Of a DNA stretch of 64,000 nucleotides, positions 41,263 to 62,787 are shown piece by piece; within the stretch, counting starts at the first letter, position 1, and each line of letters opens with the position of its first letter. The position numbers and the translations under genes are program-made. Under the pieces are notes generated by a model that had not been told where the DNA came from, searched no databases, and worked only from the letters and a program-made list of their open reading frames with translations. Source of the DNA: the human T2T-CHM13v2.0 reference genome, Homo sapiens; assembly GCF_009914755.1 (NCBI RefSeq), contig NC_060926.1. One strand, 5' to 3'.

Positions 41263-42949
41263 CGTCGTCTCCATTTTCTTGGCCTTTGCTTTGAGTTCCT
41301 GCTGGTCCTCATGTAGCCTGTTTCCTACTTCCTCATGGCAACTGGATGTTGGTAACTGATAAACCCGAAGATTTTCCCTTTCTTGGCTGTTTGCTTTATA
41401 ATGAAGGGTTCTGAAGCCCAGAAATCACTAAAGAAGTTTATGGCTAGGGTGCAGCTTTCTGGGCTGGGCCTGCGCCAGGCTGGAGCTGCTGTCCACAGGC
41501 ACTGCACTTGGTCCACTGTGTGCTTCACTGGCATAGAAGGGCCTGAACCTTGCCAGGCTTTCTCCCTCCCCCTGGACGGTAGCCGAGGGCAGACCTCATC
41601 TCTGGGGACCCAGGCTCACAATCTGCCGCCTTGCTAGGGAGGCGACCAAGGCCTGCTCTCAGATCTGGTTGAACTGCTGGAACCGCTCCTTCCTTCCACG
41701 CACCCTGAGGGGAGGCCCCTGGGATGCTGGTCAGCGTGATTAAACTCAGTCTCTTTCCTCACTGGTCCAGGTGGCCACAGGCTTGTGCGGCTAGTGAAGT
41801 CTGCGCTGTAAAGATGCCCACGCTGCTGTCTCTGGCAGAGCTCACTTGGCTGGAGTGGGAGGGCAGTAGACAGGGCATGAAGGAGGAAAAGAGTGGGAAA
41901 GAAGGGCAAAAAAGGGCAAAAACTTGCTTCTGTATTTCTCGGCTTCTGTGAAACTCACTTGGCTGGTATGAAAATTCAGAAGAAAATTTTCAGAGGAACT
42001 TTTCACAGGGTATATTTCATTTGCCATGAAAACACTCAGTTGAGTGTGTGCATGTGTGTGCTTGAGTTGCTGAGAGGAGATATTATGTGGCTTATATTTT
42101 AGATTTCGTGAAAGGTATTTAGCCACACACTCATTATAGCATGTGGCAGCTTGAAGTTCAAGTTAGCTTGCTGTGTTGTTGGTGTTTTTGAACCAGTGGG
42201 GGAATTACTGTTACTCTGGGATTTTTTTGGGTGGCAATTTAGATACAGTCCTGCCAGGAGAAGCTCTGGGAAATTTCTCTTTTGCTCAGGGTGTCCTGGG
42301 GCTGTTTTGGTTTGTTTTTGGGGTGCGGTGCCCTCTCTTCTCAGCAAATCCTTACCAAAGGGCTCAGCGTGACTTTTCTGATAAAGCTGGAATCCCTGCG
42401 GGCTGCTTGCTCAGATGGATTTGGGCACCCCGGGGAAGGTGTTCTTTTGTTCCGCTGGCAGATGGGCGTGTTCAGTGCTGGTCTGGACATGTGATTCCGG
42501 CTGTGGTTTGGGGCTGAGACTGTCTTAGCTCTGACTTCGGAAGAAGATCCTGAGCTTGTCGGGGTCTTGGCACAGGGTCCTGAAAGCCGTATATGGATCA
42601 AGACGTGGAAGAGAAGTGGGTTTGGGATTGGTGGGTGGGAGCTCTTCCTCACAGGGGCTCCTTTCTCGCTCGGCTTGCTTGGTTGTACTCACACCACTCT
42701 GGACTCCTGGTGAGGTCCTAAGTGGTTCATCTTCAACAAAAATGCCAGTTGAGACGCGGCAGAAAGATTTTAAAGGAGAGTCCTGGGGGCTGAGTTGACT
42801 CTAGCTAGGCACTGTGGTACCTTCCAGTTTCTTTCCATCTGTGCCTCTGGACAGCTGGGGTCAACCCCATGTACATAGGGTCGGTGGTTGCCCAGGAATA
42901 GTGAGGGGGGTGCAGGAAAGGGGGTGCTAGACTTCATGGTTTAGCTGAA

Positions 42950-43016
42950 TTTTAAATGTTAACTAATTTAGATTTGAATAGCCATATGTGTCTAGTGGCT
43001 ATTAGAGAGCGCAGTT
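42950..43016. mobile_element. MER3/MER33-type hAT end fragment
   Basis: aatagccatatgtgtctagtggcta...gcgcag followed by ttctaga. Confidence 0.6.
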
Positions 43017-43131
43017 CTAGAGGCTCCTTGTAGGTGGGGTTCCACGAGCACGAATGTGTGATAGCCTGTTGACTGTGAGTCATGCTTCCCAGGCAACATC
43101 ATAACTTAACCCTACAGAGAGAGGGAGCCTC

Positions 43132-43602
<471 letters not shown>

Positions 43603-44019
43603 CTATGGAGTCATCCAATATTCTACAGAACTCTGGGATAGTCCTAGTGCAATATGTTTTGTCTTAGAATGAAGAGTTTGGGGGTTGGGAGTGGGAATGG
43701 AGATAAGAAGGGTTTTCCTTTTCATTTATAGCCTCCACTATGGCTTAAAATTTTGATTGCGTACCTGTGTAACTTTTATCTTAAAAAATACATAAGTACA
43801 TAAAATTATTATAGGCCTTTTCTCTCTCTCTCTTTTTTTTTCCCAGCTTTTATTTTAGACTCAAGGGTTACATGCATGGGTTTGTTACATGGGTAAGTTA
43901 TGTGGTCACAGATAATTTTGTCACCCAGGTAATCAGTATAGTACTTGATAGGTAGTTCTTCAATCCTCACCATCCTTCCACCCTCCACCCTCAAATAGGC
44001 CCCTGTGTCTATTGCTCCC

Positions 44020-44315
<296 letters not shown>

Positions 44316-44999
44316 TTATTGCTCCTTTCTTTGTGTCCATGTGTACTTGATGTTTAGCTCCCACTTGTATGTGAGAACATGTGGCATTTGGTTTTCTGTT
44401 CCTGTGTTAATTTGCTTAGGATAATGGCCTGCAGCTCCACCCATGTGCTGCAAAGGCCATGATCTCATTTTTAAAAAAATACCTGTATAGCATTCCATGG
44501 TGTGTATGTACCACATTCTTTTAATCCAGCCTACCATTGATGGGCATTTATGTTGATTTCATGTCTTTGCTGTTGTGAATAGTGCTGTAATGAACATACA
44601 TGTACTTGTGTCTTTATGGTAGAACCATTTATATTCCTTTGGGTATATACCCAGTAATGAGATTGCTGGATCAAATGATAGTTCTATTTTAAGTTCTTTG
44701 AGAAATCTCCAGACTGCTTTTCACAGTGGCTGAACTAATTTACATTCCCACCAGCAGTGTATAAGCATTCCTTTTTCTCTACAACCTTGCCAGCATCTGT
44801 TATTTTTTGACTTTTTACTAATAGCCATTCAACTGGTGTGAGATAGTATCTCGTTGTGGTTTTGATTTGCGTTTCTCTCATGATTAGTGATATTGAGCAT
44901 TTTTTCTTATATGCTTGTTGGCTGCGTGAGTGTCTTTTTATGAGAAGTATCTGTTCATGTCCATTTTTTAATGGGGTTGATTTTCGCCTGTTTATTTGA

Positions 45000-45863
<864 letters not shown>

Positions 45864-46821
45864 GATAGTTTCTTTTGCTTTTCAGAGACTGTTTAGTTTA
45901 ATTAGGTCCCACTTGTCAATTTTTTTTTTTTTTTTTGTTACTGTTTTTGGAGGCTTCATAATGAAGTCTTTGCCTGGGTCAATGTCCAGAATGTTATTTC
46001 CTAGATTTTCTTCCTGGGTTTTTATAGTTTTAAGTTTTACATTTAAGTCTTTAATCCATCTTGAGTTGATTTTTGTACATGGTGTAAGGAAAGGGTCCAG
46101 TTTCAATCTTCTGCATATGGCTAGCCAGTTATCCCAGCACTATTTATCGAATAGAGAGACCTTTTCCTGTTCCTTGTTTTTGTCAGTTTTGTCAAAGATC
46201 AGATAGTTGTAGATGTGTGGCTTTATTTCTGTGTTCTCTAACTGTTCCATTGGTCTATGTGTGTTTTTGTATCAGTACCATGTGGTTTTGGTTACTGTAT
46301 CCTTATAGCATAGTTTAAAGTTGGGTAGTGTGATGCCTCCAGCTATGTTCATTTTGCTTGGGATTGTTTTGGCTATTCAGGCCCTTTTTTGGTTCCAAAT
46401 GAATTTTAGAATGTTTCTTTTTCTAATTCTGTGAAAAATGTCATTGGTAGTTTGATAGGAATATTATTGAATCTGTAGATAGCTTTGGACAGTATGTCTA
46501 TTTTAACAATATTGATTCTTCCTATTCATGAACATGGAATGTTTTTCCATTTGTTTGTGTTATCTCTGAGTTTTTTCAGCAGTGTTTTATAATTCTCCCT
46601 GTAGAGATCTCTCACCTCTCTGGTTAGCTATATTCCTAGGTACCTTATTTTTGTGTGTGGCTATTGTGAATGGGATTGCAGTCTTGATTTGGCTCTCAGC
46701 TTGGATGCTATTGGTGTATAGAAGTGCTACTGATTTTTGTACATTAATTTTGTATCCTGAAACTTTGCTGAAATTGTTTATCAGATCAATGAACCTTTGG
46801 GCAGAGACTATGGGGTTTTCA

Positions 46822-47162
<341 letters not shown>

Positions 47163-47220
47163 TCATATTGTCTGCAAAGAGAGAGAGTTTTTCTTCCTCT
47201 TTTCCTATTTGGATTAGGCC

Positions 47221-47528
47221 TTTTTTTTTTTTTTTTTTTTTTTTTGGAGACAGAGTCTCACTCTGTTACCCAGGCTGGTGTGCAGTGGTGCGATCTTGGC
47301 TCACTGCAACCTCCGCCTCCTGGGTTCAAGCAATTGTCCTGTCTCAGCCTCCTGAGTAGCTAGGATTACAGGCACCCGCCACCACGCCCGGCTAATTTTT
47401 GTATTTTTAATAGAGACGAGGTTTCTTCATGTTGGTCAGGCTGGTCTCGAACTCCTGACCTCAGGTGATCCGCCTGCCTTGGCCTCCCAAAGTGCTGGGA
47501 TTACAGGTGTGAGGCACCGTGCCTGGCC
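47221..47528 (-). mobile_element. AluS
   Basis: Full dimer with long T tract; no TSD at its 5' flank. Confidence 0.93.
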
Positions 47529-47784
47529 AAGAAGTACGATTTTTGCAAAAAAAAAAAAAAAAAAAAAAAAAAATTCATATAAGAACATGTCCTGGCTAAA
47601 AAAAACTAAAGAAATAAAGAATAAAAATAATTTTTAAAAGTCTTTTTTGTTTTTTAAAGCAACCAATTTGCTCCATAGTTATTATGTGAGAGATCTTTAG
47701 AATTGTGGATGGCTGGGAAACTACTCATTTGCCACTCATCAAGTAGATTGGTTTTGCTTTTGATTTCTTGGTGATTTCTTGAAA

Positions 47785-48795
<1,011 letters not shown>

Positions 48796-48974
48796 ACATT
48801 TGGGTTTTGTATGACTTGCTTCATTCAGGCCAAAGATAAATTGAGGAACATATATATACATATTTGTATTGGACATTTGCTTGGATCCAAAATATGGCAA
48901 AATCAAGTCTGTTTATCTAGCGGGAACTTAGCCATTGACTACTTGAGGACTGTTTCTCTTCAAACCTTTGGGGA

Positions 48975-48992
48975 CAGTGACATCTAGTGGTA
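48975..48992 (-). promoter_or_regulatory. Candidate CTCF motif
   Basis: Minus strand TACCACTAGATGTCACTG vs core CCASYAGRKGGCRS (one mismatch), in non-repeat DNA. Confidence 0.45.
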
Positions 48993-49002
48993 GTTTCTTT
49001 TA

Positions 49003-49534
<532 letters not shown>

Positions 49535-49630
49535 ATTCTTAATGAAAGCAACTCTGGATTGTAAAAATATGAGCTCATATTATGTTGCCATTTCTCACAA
49601 TATGAAAAAGTTTGTTAACTTCTGCACTTA

Positions 49631-50111
<481 letters not shown>

Positions 50112-50997
50112 TCAGGTTGCATTAATCTGGAATATGGCTGTCATGTGAAACAGCAGTCTCACTGTGAAGTTTAGGACATGTTATATTTGGTTCAATTGAA
50201 AGTAACTTATGGAATCTTATAGGATTCCAAATGTCTGAAACAGACGTTTCTTGGTCTGTCATACAACTTTGGTTGACTTCTTGGCATCTTTATGCCTCTG
50301 ATCCTAGGAGAGGATTTTCTGAGTTTCAATATAGCAGCAGGTTCTCAATGTCTACTAAGTGTTCTAGTTAAAAAGAAATGTTAAACTATTAGCTTTTCTT
50401 CTGTGCTTTTCTCCCCATTGTCTTGAGGCTTAGAAAGTTCTATATTATTACAAAACCAGTGAAATACACACTTACAACATTTCTAGTTTTAAAACTACTT
50501 CTTTTTTATATTTTATGGCCTAAAATAACTGGGATTAAATTTTCTGCGTATGGTGCATAGTGAGTATTGAACTTTCTATTCTTTTCTTAACCCTGAGAGT
50601 CCATCTTCCCCACATGACTTGCGGATACTCCATGACTTTGCTCATTTGTGATGCACACTTTTTCCCGCAGTAAGTCTTTTTATATACTAATGTGAGAGGT
50701 GTTAGAATGGGACTTTTCCTGGCAAAGTGTGTGGAAAACAATTCCTCACTTGCAGACTCTCAAGGGAAATCTCTGGGGAACTGCTCCCTGACTTTTGGAC
50801 ATCCTTAAAAACAGAGATGAGAGAAAGAAAAAGAACAAGCCTTGGTGAAGAGGTTTCTTTGGAGAGAGTTGTTGCTGTGCTCTTGGGCCCCCAACTTCCC
50901 TTTTCAGGGAGGAGTGGGAAGTGCTCATTCTAACTCCAGGCTTGAGACCGCTGGGGGAATTTCAAAAAGTGGTTTCCACAGGAAAGACATGGAGCAG

Positions 50998-51061
50998 CCA
51001 GCTTGGGCGACAGAGTGAGACTTCGTCTCAAAAAAAACAAAAACAAAACAAAACAAAAAAA
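50998..51061 (+). mobile_element. Alu 3' terminal fragment
   Basis: ccagcttgggcgacagagtgagacttcgtctc plus (AAAAC)n tail. Confidence 0.85.
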
Positions 51062-51488
51062 GTGTGTGCCAAATATTATATTGACAGGACATCCTTATTT
51101 TGAAGTCAAGACTGTGTTTGGGATTTACAGTGACGTAAGAATTGTCTCTGACCTAGAAGTGGGCAAAAAAAAACAAAAAAACAAAAAAACTGATGACATT
51201 TTCCTCTCAGGAACAGGCTGATATCTTTGTAAGTAAAAATGAAAGGGTTGAGAGATAGAGCAAATGAGCTGTTTTGGTCACTATAATCAGGTGTCTTGCT
51301 TATTCAATGTACTGATTGCATTAGGACTGCTTTCAGGGCTCCTCTCATCATCAGGGTTCCCTCTCCAAATGCTCTAGATGTGGTTTGTCTTAATAGTTGA
51401 ATGGTTGAATAGTTGAATGGTTGAAAATAACAGAGCCCTCCTTAAAGCAGGTTAAACAGAAAAGAGAATTTACTGTAAGGTTACATAG

Positions 51489-51833
<345 letters not shown>

Positions 51834-52187
51834 TAGAAGTAAATGAACTAATTCAGGGATAGACACTTAATGTGAACTCAAGCCAGGAAGTAAGGAGCTT
51901 TCCCCTGACAACAGTGATTGAGATAGGAAAGGGGACAGGTTTAGGTTAGCACAATTAGTACGAAGTCAGGCCTTTGCTCAGTGACTGTGGGAGAAGAAAC
52001 TCTTTGTCTGGTCAGTATACATAGCTGTGAGGTCTGGAGCTGTAGCAACCACTTGGTATCTTGAACAAAGCTAGATTTGAGATGATGCTGACACAGGAGA
52101 GAAGGCAATTGATGAAAGAAATGCAGAGCCAGAGCCCTGATCCAGCCACTCCTGAACCCATCACTACATTAAACTTCCCAAGTATAG

Positions 52188-52407
52188 CAGTGGTTCCCAC
52201 TGGGGGCAATTTAGCTCCTGAAGGGATATTTGGCAATATCTGGAGACATTTTTGGTTGCTACAACTGGATGGGTGCTCCTGGCACCCAATGGATAGAGAC
52301 CAAGGATGCTGCTAAATCCCCTATAGTATATAAGAGAGCACTCTTTCCTTTGCAACATAGAATTATCTGGCCCAAAATGTCTGTATTGCTGAGGTTGAGA
52401 GACTCTG
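52188..52407 (+). mobile_element. MER20 hAT-Charlie
   Basis: cagtggttc...ttggcaatatctggagacatttttggttg...ggatgctgctaaa...gaggttgagagactctg. Confidence 0.88.
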
Positions 52408-52529
52408 ACCTAGAGATTTGATTAGATCTAAGTTCTTTTTTGGGCAAGGATGCTTTGTAGGCACTGTGTACTTGCTTTTACGTCACAACAGGCTTGTTCT
52501 CTTGGCTTTTCTGGATTTCTGTACCTGCC

Positions 52530-52795
52530 ATTGCTCCCCTCTCTCAGTGCCTGGTGAGCCCCTCCCTAGCCTCTCTCACAAGCCCAGTGGGCTGCCTTCT
52601 CCTTGTAAACTCTCCACACCCTGGCTCTTCTCACTATGGCATTTGCTGGGCATTTTGGGGCTCGTTGGTGTGTGTTTGGCCCCCACTGGGCTGGAGATCC
52701 TGGGAAGGCAGGGACTCAGTCTATCTTCTCTCGTGCATTCAGGACACTGGGACTGGTAGATCCTGATATGTAAATAAATCAATGACAAACGAATG
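52530..52795 (+). mobile_element. L2 3' fragment
   Basis: cccactgggctggagatcctgggaaggcaggga...atgtaaataaatcaatga. Confidence 0.5.
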
Positions 52796-52803
52796 ACTCA
52801 TAA

Positions 52804-53223
<420 letters not shown>

Positions 53224-53306
53224 TGATGTAGCAAGATCATCCATCATATATACAATGGAATATTATTCAGCCTTAAGGAAATCCTGTCATAGGCTACAAG
53301 GATGTA

Positions 53307-53400
53307 GGTTCAAGCGATTCTCCTACCTCAGCCTCCTGAGTAGCTGGGATTACAGGCGCCTGCCACAATGCCCAGCTAATTTTTGTAATTTTAGTAGAGA
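53307..53400 (-). mobile_element. Internal Alu fragment (no ends, no tail, no TSD)
   Basis: ggttcaagcgattctcctacctc...tgtaattttagtagaga; 90/94 identical to 51618-51711. Confidence 0.9.
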
Positions 53401-53686
53401 TGGATGAATGTGGAGGACACTATGCTAAGTGGAACCAGCTAGTTGCAGCAAGACAAATGCTGCATAAGTCCTCTTATATGAGGTATCCAAAACAGTCAGA
53501 CTCTTAGAAACAGAAAGTAGAGGTAGAGTGGTGGTTGCCTGAGGCTGAAGGGAGGAGGAAAAGAAGAGATGTTGTTCAGTGGGTATAAAATTTCAGTTTT
53601 GCGAGATAAAAAAGTTCTAGAGATCTGCCGCGCAGCAATGTACATAATTAACATTAATGTACTGCATACTTAAAAGTGGTTAAATG

Positions 53687-53984
53687 GGCTAGGTGTGGTG
53701 GCTCATGCCTGTAATCCCAGCACTTTCAGAGGTCGAGACAGGCAGATTGCTTGAGGTCAGGAGTTCGAGACCAGCCTGGCCAACATGGAGAAACCCCGTC
53801 TCTACTACAAAATACAAAAATTAGCTGGGCGTGGTGCGCGCCTGTAATCCTAGCTACTCAGGAGGCTGGGGTAGGAGAACCACTTGAACCCGGGAGGCAG
53901 AGGTTGCTGTGAGCTGAAATTGCACCACTGCACTCTAGCCTGGGCGACAGAGTGAGACTCCATCTCAAAAAAAAAAAAAAAAAA
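53687..53984 (+). mobile_element. AluS
   Basis: Full dimer with A tail. Confidence 0.94.
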
Positions 53985-53989
53985 TTTAA

Positions 53990-54568
<579 letters not shown>

Positions 54569-54652
54569 TAAGATGGTAAATCTTATGTCCTGTGTTTTTT
54601 AAAACCATAATTAATAAAAGGTATTTGGTGAGAATTAAAAAAAAATTACCCC

Positions 54653-55164
<512 letters not shown>

Positions 55165-56290
55165 TCAGGTGGCTTCTCTCATTGTTTTGTGCTGATTTAT
55201 AAGGTTTCACCTACTTGTTTCAGAGGTGACCTTGATATCCAATTCCAGGACACCCCACTGAGTCTCTCATGCTGTTTGAACCTCCGCCCCAGCCCTGACC
55301 ATGGTGTGAGCTTCTCTCTGTCACTCAGCCACACTGACCCAGGAGGAGGGGTGGATGCCCAGACCCTGGGTCACACTAGATCCAGAGCTGTGGTCCTAGG
55401 GCAGCAGGAGACTCCTAAACAGAAGGGGCTCAAATTCTCCCTAGTGGTGGAAACAGTCGAGGTGGCCTTTTCCACACTCTGCAGTGGAGCCTCCTGCTTT
55501 TTAATTATGAGATACCCCAAGGCGTGCTCCTGCCCCTTCGCGCAGAGTATTTCGGTGCATTCTTCCAATTGCTGGTCTGAGCCACCGGCAAATGGCTCGC
55601 TCCAGCTCTGCAGGGGTTTTCACACCTGGTTTGTGGCTCCTCCAGCCTTCTCCGCTCCCCTCTGAGTCTGCCTTTTTCCTGGGCCTGCCAACCAGTTAGC
55701 ACCTCTGCTGAACAAAAGGCCTGGAGCAGAAGGGGCCCTCCTCCCCACTGTCTCAGGGAACCAGGCTGGAGAACAAAGGAAGACAGGATGCCCATCCTCC
55801 TTCTCCCCTCCATCCCTGCCTCCCTGCCTCCTTTTCTTTCTCCACAGGATTCTTTCCTCTTCTGAAAAGCAGCCTCAGAGCTGGCTGTAGAACATCCAGA
55901 AACAATCAGGAAGAATAACTGTCTCCCTCTCTCCGACTTCCTGCTCCCCACTACCCATACCTGTGTTGGGTATGTGTTTTGCTAGCAATGTTTAATGTCA
56001 CATGCCTGCACTTTCCCCTAATCCTAATTTCATGTTACTTTTATAACATAGGTAAACTAGCCTTGGAGATGTGATTATAGGCTTGAGGGGGAAAAAAAAG
56101 GTTTTAAAATTGTGAGATTAAGATGTGTTTATTGTAAGAATAATTAGAAAATAGAGAAAAGGGAAAGGAAGAGCAATAAGAACCGACCATTAAAATGTGC
56201 CACCTCAGATAATCTGAGCTCAGCCGCCTGGGTTTACCAGAAAGCAGAGCCCGAGAGGAAGCTGGGGTGAGGGACAGGGGACTGAGGTAG

Positions 56291-56816
<526 letters not shown>

Positions 56817-56901
56817 TGAACATTGAGTGAGTGTGTCACAGAGAAAACAGACTGGGGAGACCACTGTGGGCCTGAGTTTGGTGCTGTAGGAACTGGTCTC
56901 A

Positions 56902-57390
<489 letters not shown>

Positions 57391-57449
57391 GTGATGTGCA
57401 AGAGGTTACATTTTGGTATACAAAAATAGCAACATGTCCAGCAGTTACT

Positions 57450-57660
57450 ATAAGCTAGACCCAGTACCAAGTGCTTCACATGGATTTTCTCATTTCAGAC
57501 TCCAGTAACCCTAGGAGGAATACTGTTATTATCCCCATTTTCGACGTTAGAAAAGTGTGGTTCAGAAAGGCTAAGTTTACCCAGATGACCCAGTTAAAAA
57601 GGGTAGATCCAGGATGCACACCCAAGCTCTCTGAATCGGGTCCACTCTTTCGCCTTTTAA
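57450..57660 (-). mobile_element. MIR
   Basis: tactgttattatccccatttt...ttcagaaaggctaagtttacccag. Confidence 0.7.
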
Positions 57661-57829
57661 TGATTGGTGCACATTTATCATCTGGGTTTGCCCAGCCTCC
57701 ATTCTGGCTTCTTGTTGGTTTGACTGAGTGACTCTCTTTCTGTCTCTCTGTTTAGCCTTCTGTGGTGTCAGTTGCATTTTAAATTGGCGAACAACCCCCA
57801 CAGAGTCACATGCTTACCTGCCCAGGTCC

Positions 57830-58060
57830 AGGGAGACGGATATAGAGAGACGTTTCCCCCAGAATTTCAAGTCATCATCTGATTGGCCCGGCCCAGATGG
57901 CCTGCTCATTCATGAGCCAATGGCTGTCATGAGGGGAACAGAATAGGCCAATGGGCTTAGGTCAGTTATCACTCTGGTGGGATCCACTTTCCATAAATAA
58001 TAAGTGGAGGGGCAATGGATACATATTAATCTGGGTTTCGTAGGAAGAAGAGAGTGGGGG
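57830..58060 (-). mobile_element. MLT1 (K/L-like) LTR fragment
   Basis: tctgattggccc...gagccaatggctgt..gaggggaa...ccaatgggcttaggtca. Confidence 0.45.
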
Positions 58061-58811
58061 AGGGATGGTGGGTAGGTTATCCTTTGGCCATTTGGACAGC
58101 TTGTTTTCAAACTTTATTTTAAGCAATCCATGCAAGAATGGCAGGAACAGTTAGAAGGCGCGTTGAAGAGGAGGCCACTGACCCAGGCTCTCTGCTGGTT
58201 CTCCCTTGTTGAACATCCTGCTTTATGACCTTCCCTAAGCCTGGTTCTCTCGTCTGTCTAATCTAAAAACAGCCTTCTCACCCTTGCTACTTCTTTTAAT
58301 AATTTCTTCTTTGCCTCAGTTTGCCAAGTAAGGTTGTATTGCTTTTCACCCAGAACCCTGACTGATGCATGTTGGATTTCTGAGGAGACACAGTAAGTTA
58401 GATCCTACTTCCCCATCTGTGTCCAAAGCAGGGAAATCTGGCCAAGCGTACAAATGGAGACCAGGACACCTTCTTTATTACCGAAGAAGGAAAAGCTGGA
58501 GGTCTTACTTAGTGTGGGAGCAACACAGGGCTGCAGACCGAACCCCAGAATGAGACAGATGTAGCCAGTTAGGCACAGATGGCACCGTACTGGGTGTGAT
58601 CCTCACCCGGAGGAACAGCAGAGAACAGCAGGGACAGCAGCCAGATCGCTCCCAGGAGTAAGGAGTGGGGAGTGAGCCCGGGATGCCTTGTTTATTCTTC
58701 CCACATTTACCACCAGGTAAGCCGTTTCTCCTCCCCGATGTGGAGTGAGTTAAAAGCGATGGAGAGAAACCAGGAGAGTTTTTGGAACATCCTCACCACT
58801 AGTTTCCATGA

Positions 58812-58955
<144 letters not shown>

Positions 58956-59093
58956 TAAATAATCTCTAGTTTTGAATATGTAGGAACTTCCCAGTTTTTC
59001 ACCATTATAAATGCTGTTCTTCTCTTTGCCCACATTCCCAATGATTTCCTTAGCATATACATAGCAGTGAGATGACTAGTGCTAGAAGTGATT

Positions 59094-59268
59094 TTTATTT
59101 TTTATTATTTTTAAAATTTTAGAAACAGGGTTTCCCTCCGTTGGCCAGACTGCATTGCAGTGGCATAATCATAGTTCACTGTGGCCTTGAACTCCTGGCC
59201 TCAAGTGATCCTCCTGCCTCAGCTTCCTGAGTAGCTAGAACTACAGGTGTAAGCTATTGCACCCAGCT
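59094..59268 (-). mobile_element. FAM/FRAM-type monomer
   Basis: Single monomer; TSD ctagaagtgatt (59082-93 / 59269-80). Confidence 0.85.
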
Positions 59269-59318
59269 CTAGAAGTGATTAGTGAGTCAAAGGAATTTTT
59301 TTTTTATTTTCCTTTTGA

Positions 59319-59804
<486 letters not shown>

Positions 59805-59935
59805 TGATCTGATTTCACTTTATTTGTTTATTTTTTTCTGAAAAACCACCCCTTTCTATTTAGAGAAGGCCTGACCTACATAGTTAGGTAGAAAATGGAT
59901 GATGAAAACATCCCAGGATAAAAACCAAACAAGTA

Positions 59936-60325
<390 letters not shown>

Positions 60326-60365
60326 GAAAGCAGAGATTGCAACTAAAGGGAATTTCTGCTCATTT

Positions 60366-60662
60366 TATTTTATTTCATTTTTTTGAGACATAGTCTGGCT
60401 CTGTCGCCCACGCATGAGCGTGGCATGATCTTGGCTCACTGCAATCTCTGCCTCTGGGTTTAAACATTTCCCATGTCTCAGCCTCCCCAGTAGCTGGGAT
60501 TACAGGTGTGCGCCACCATGCCTGGCTAATTTTTGTATTTTTAGTAGAGACGGGGTTTTGCTATGTTGGCCAGGCTGGTCTCGAACTCCTGACCTCAAAT
60601 GATCCGCCCACCTCGGCCTCCCAAAGTGTTGGGATTACAGACGTGAGCCACCGTGCCTGGCC
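60366..60662 (-). mobile_element. AluS
   Basis: TSD aatttct(g/a)ctcattt. Confidence 0.92.
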
Positions 60663-60679
60663 AAATTTCTACTCATTTA

Positions 60680-61010
60680 AAAAGTCTTACTTGGTGGGAA
60701 AAACTTATTGTTTTAATGTGTACCTTTTGGTTAAATAAGGTTGGATATTACTTTATATTCATATATTTATCATATATTTTCCTTCTTTTGTCTTATTTGC
60801 TTACATTTTTAGTGGTGTGCCTTTTTCCTATTGAGTAAAGAGGTCTTTGTTGGGACATCAACCTATTTTTGTCAAATATGTTGCAGTTATTTATCTCATT
60901 TGTGGTTTATATTTTAATATTATTCAATATCTTTGACCTACAAAATTAAAAAAATTTTAATGATCATTCCTATTAATTTTATTGTTCATGGTTCTTATCT
61001 TTGATATTTT
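60680..61010 (-). mobile_element. L1ME-type fragment
   Basis: AT-rich; ttattgttttaatgtg...tttttcctattgagt...aaatatgttgcag. Confidence 0.5.
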
Positions 61011-61031
61011 GTCTGCAGGGTCTTTCATTTT

Positions 61032-61334
<303 letters not shown>

Positions 61335-61368
61335 TTAAAGAGACTATCAGATCTCTGCGAAAGTCTAA

Positions 61369-61735
<367 letters not shown>

Positions 61736-62449
61736 TAATTTCTGTTTCAGAATCATTTTTATTTTCCTTTGGCTGTGTAAAAGAATCCTTGAAATTTTTA
61801 AGCTAGCACTGAACATACAAACACTACTTGCGTAATTCTCCATATCTCTGATTTAAATTGATAATCCACTTAGGATGTGATAAGAAGTTTAAATGTTAAT
61901 TCTCCAATGAGGTATTAACTAAAGATCCTGTGCTCAGACAGTCTATAAGTTCATTTGTTCAACTGCGTAAAACAGTAGATTCCATGATTGCTGCTCAGGG
62001 GTGAATTCCGTGGTCAGATCCCAGGCTGGGAGTTGCAAGGGCTATCATCAATCTATTTTCTCCTTTTCCTAACAATTATCAGCACTAACCACACAGAGAT
62101 TAATGGGCACCAGGCAGTGGAAAGAGGGCAGTCGACACTTCGTTGAGATTGTGTTTTCACAGATCTGTCACTGTTAACTCCAGTGACCCTCCAAATTAGT
62201 TACTGCATTGTCACTGGGGCCTTCAAGCCAGGCTTTTTGAAATGTCCTTGGGATTTTGTGGGCTATCCTTTAGTTTCTGTTATGTCTACAGGTTTCAGGG
62301 ATATTTACTAAATCCAGAATATCCTGTATCAGTGCCTCTGTCCTCCTCATTAAGTCCAAGAGAAGCCATCAGACATAGTCCTGGTGTACTTGAACCCTGA
62401 AGCTTCCCAAAGGCAGGGGATGGATTCCAAGAGGCCAGGAATCCTTTTT

Positions 62450-62787
<338 letters not shown>

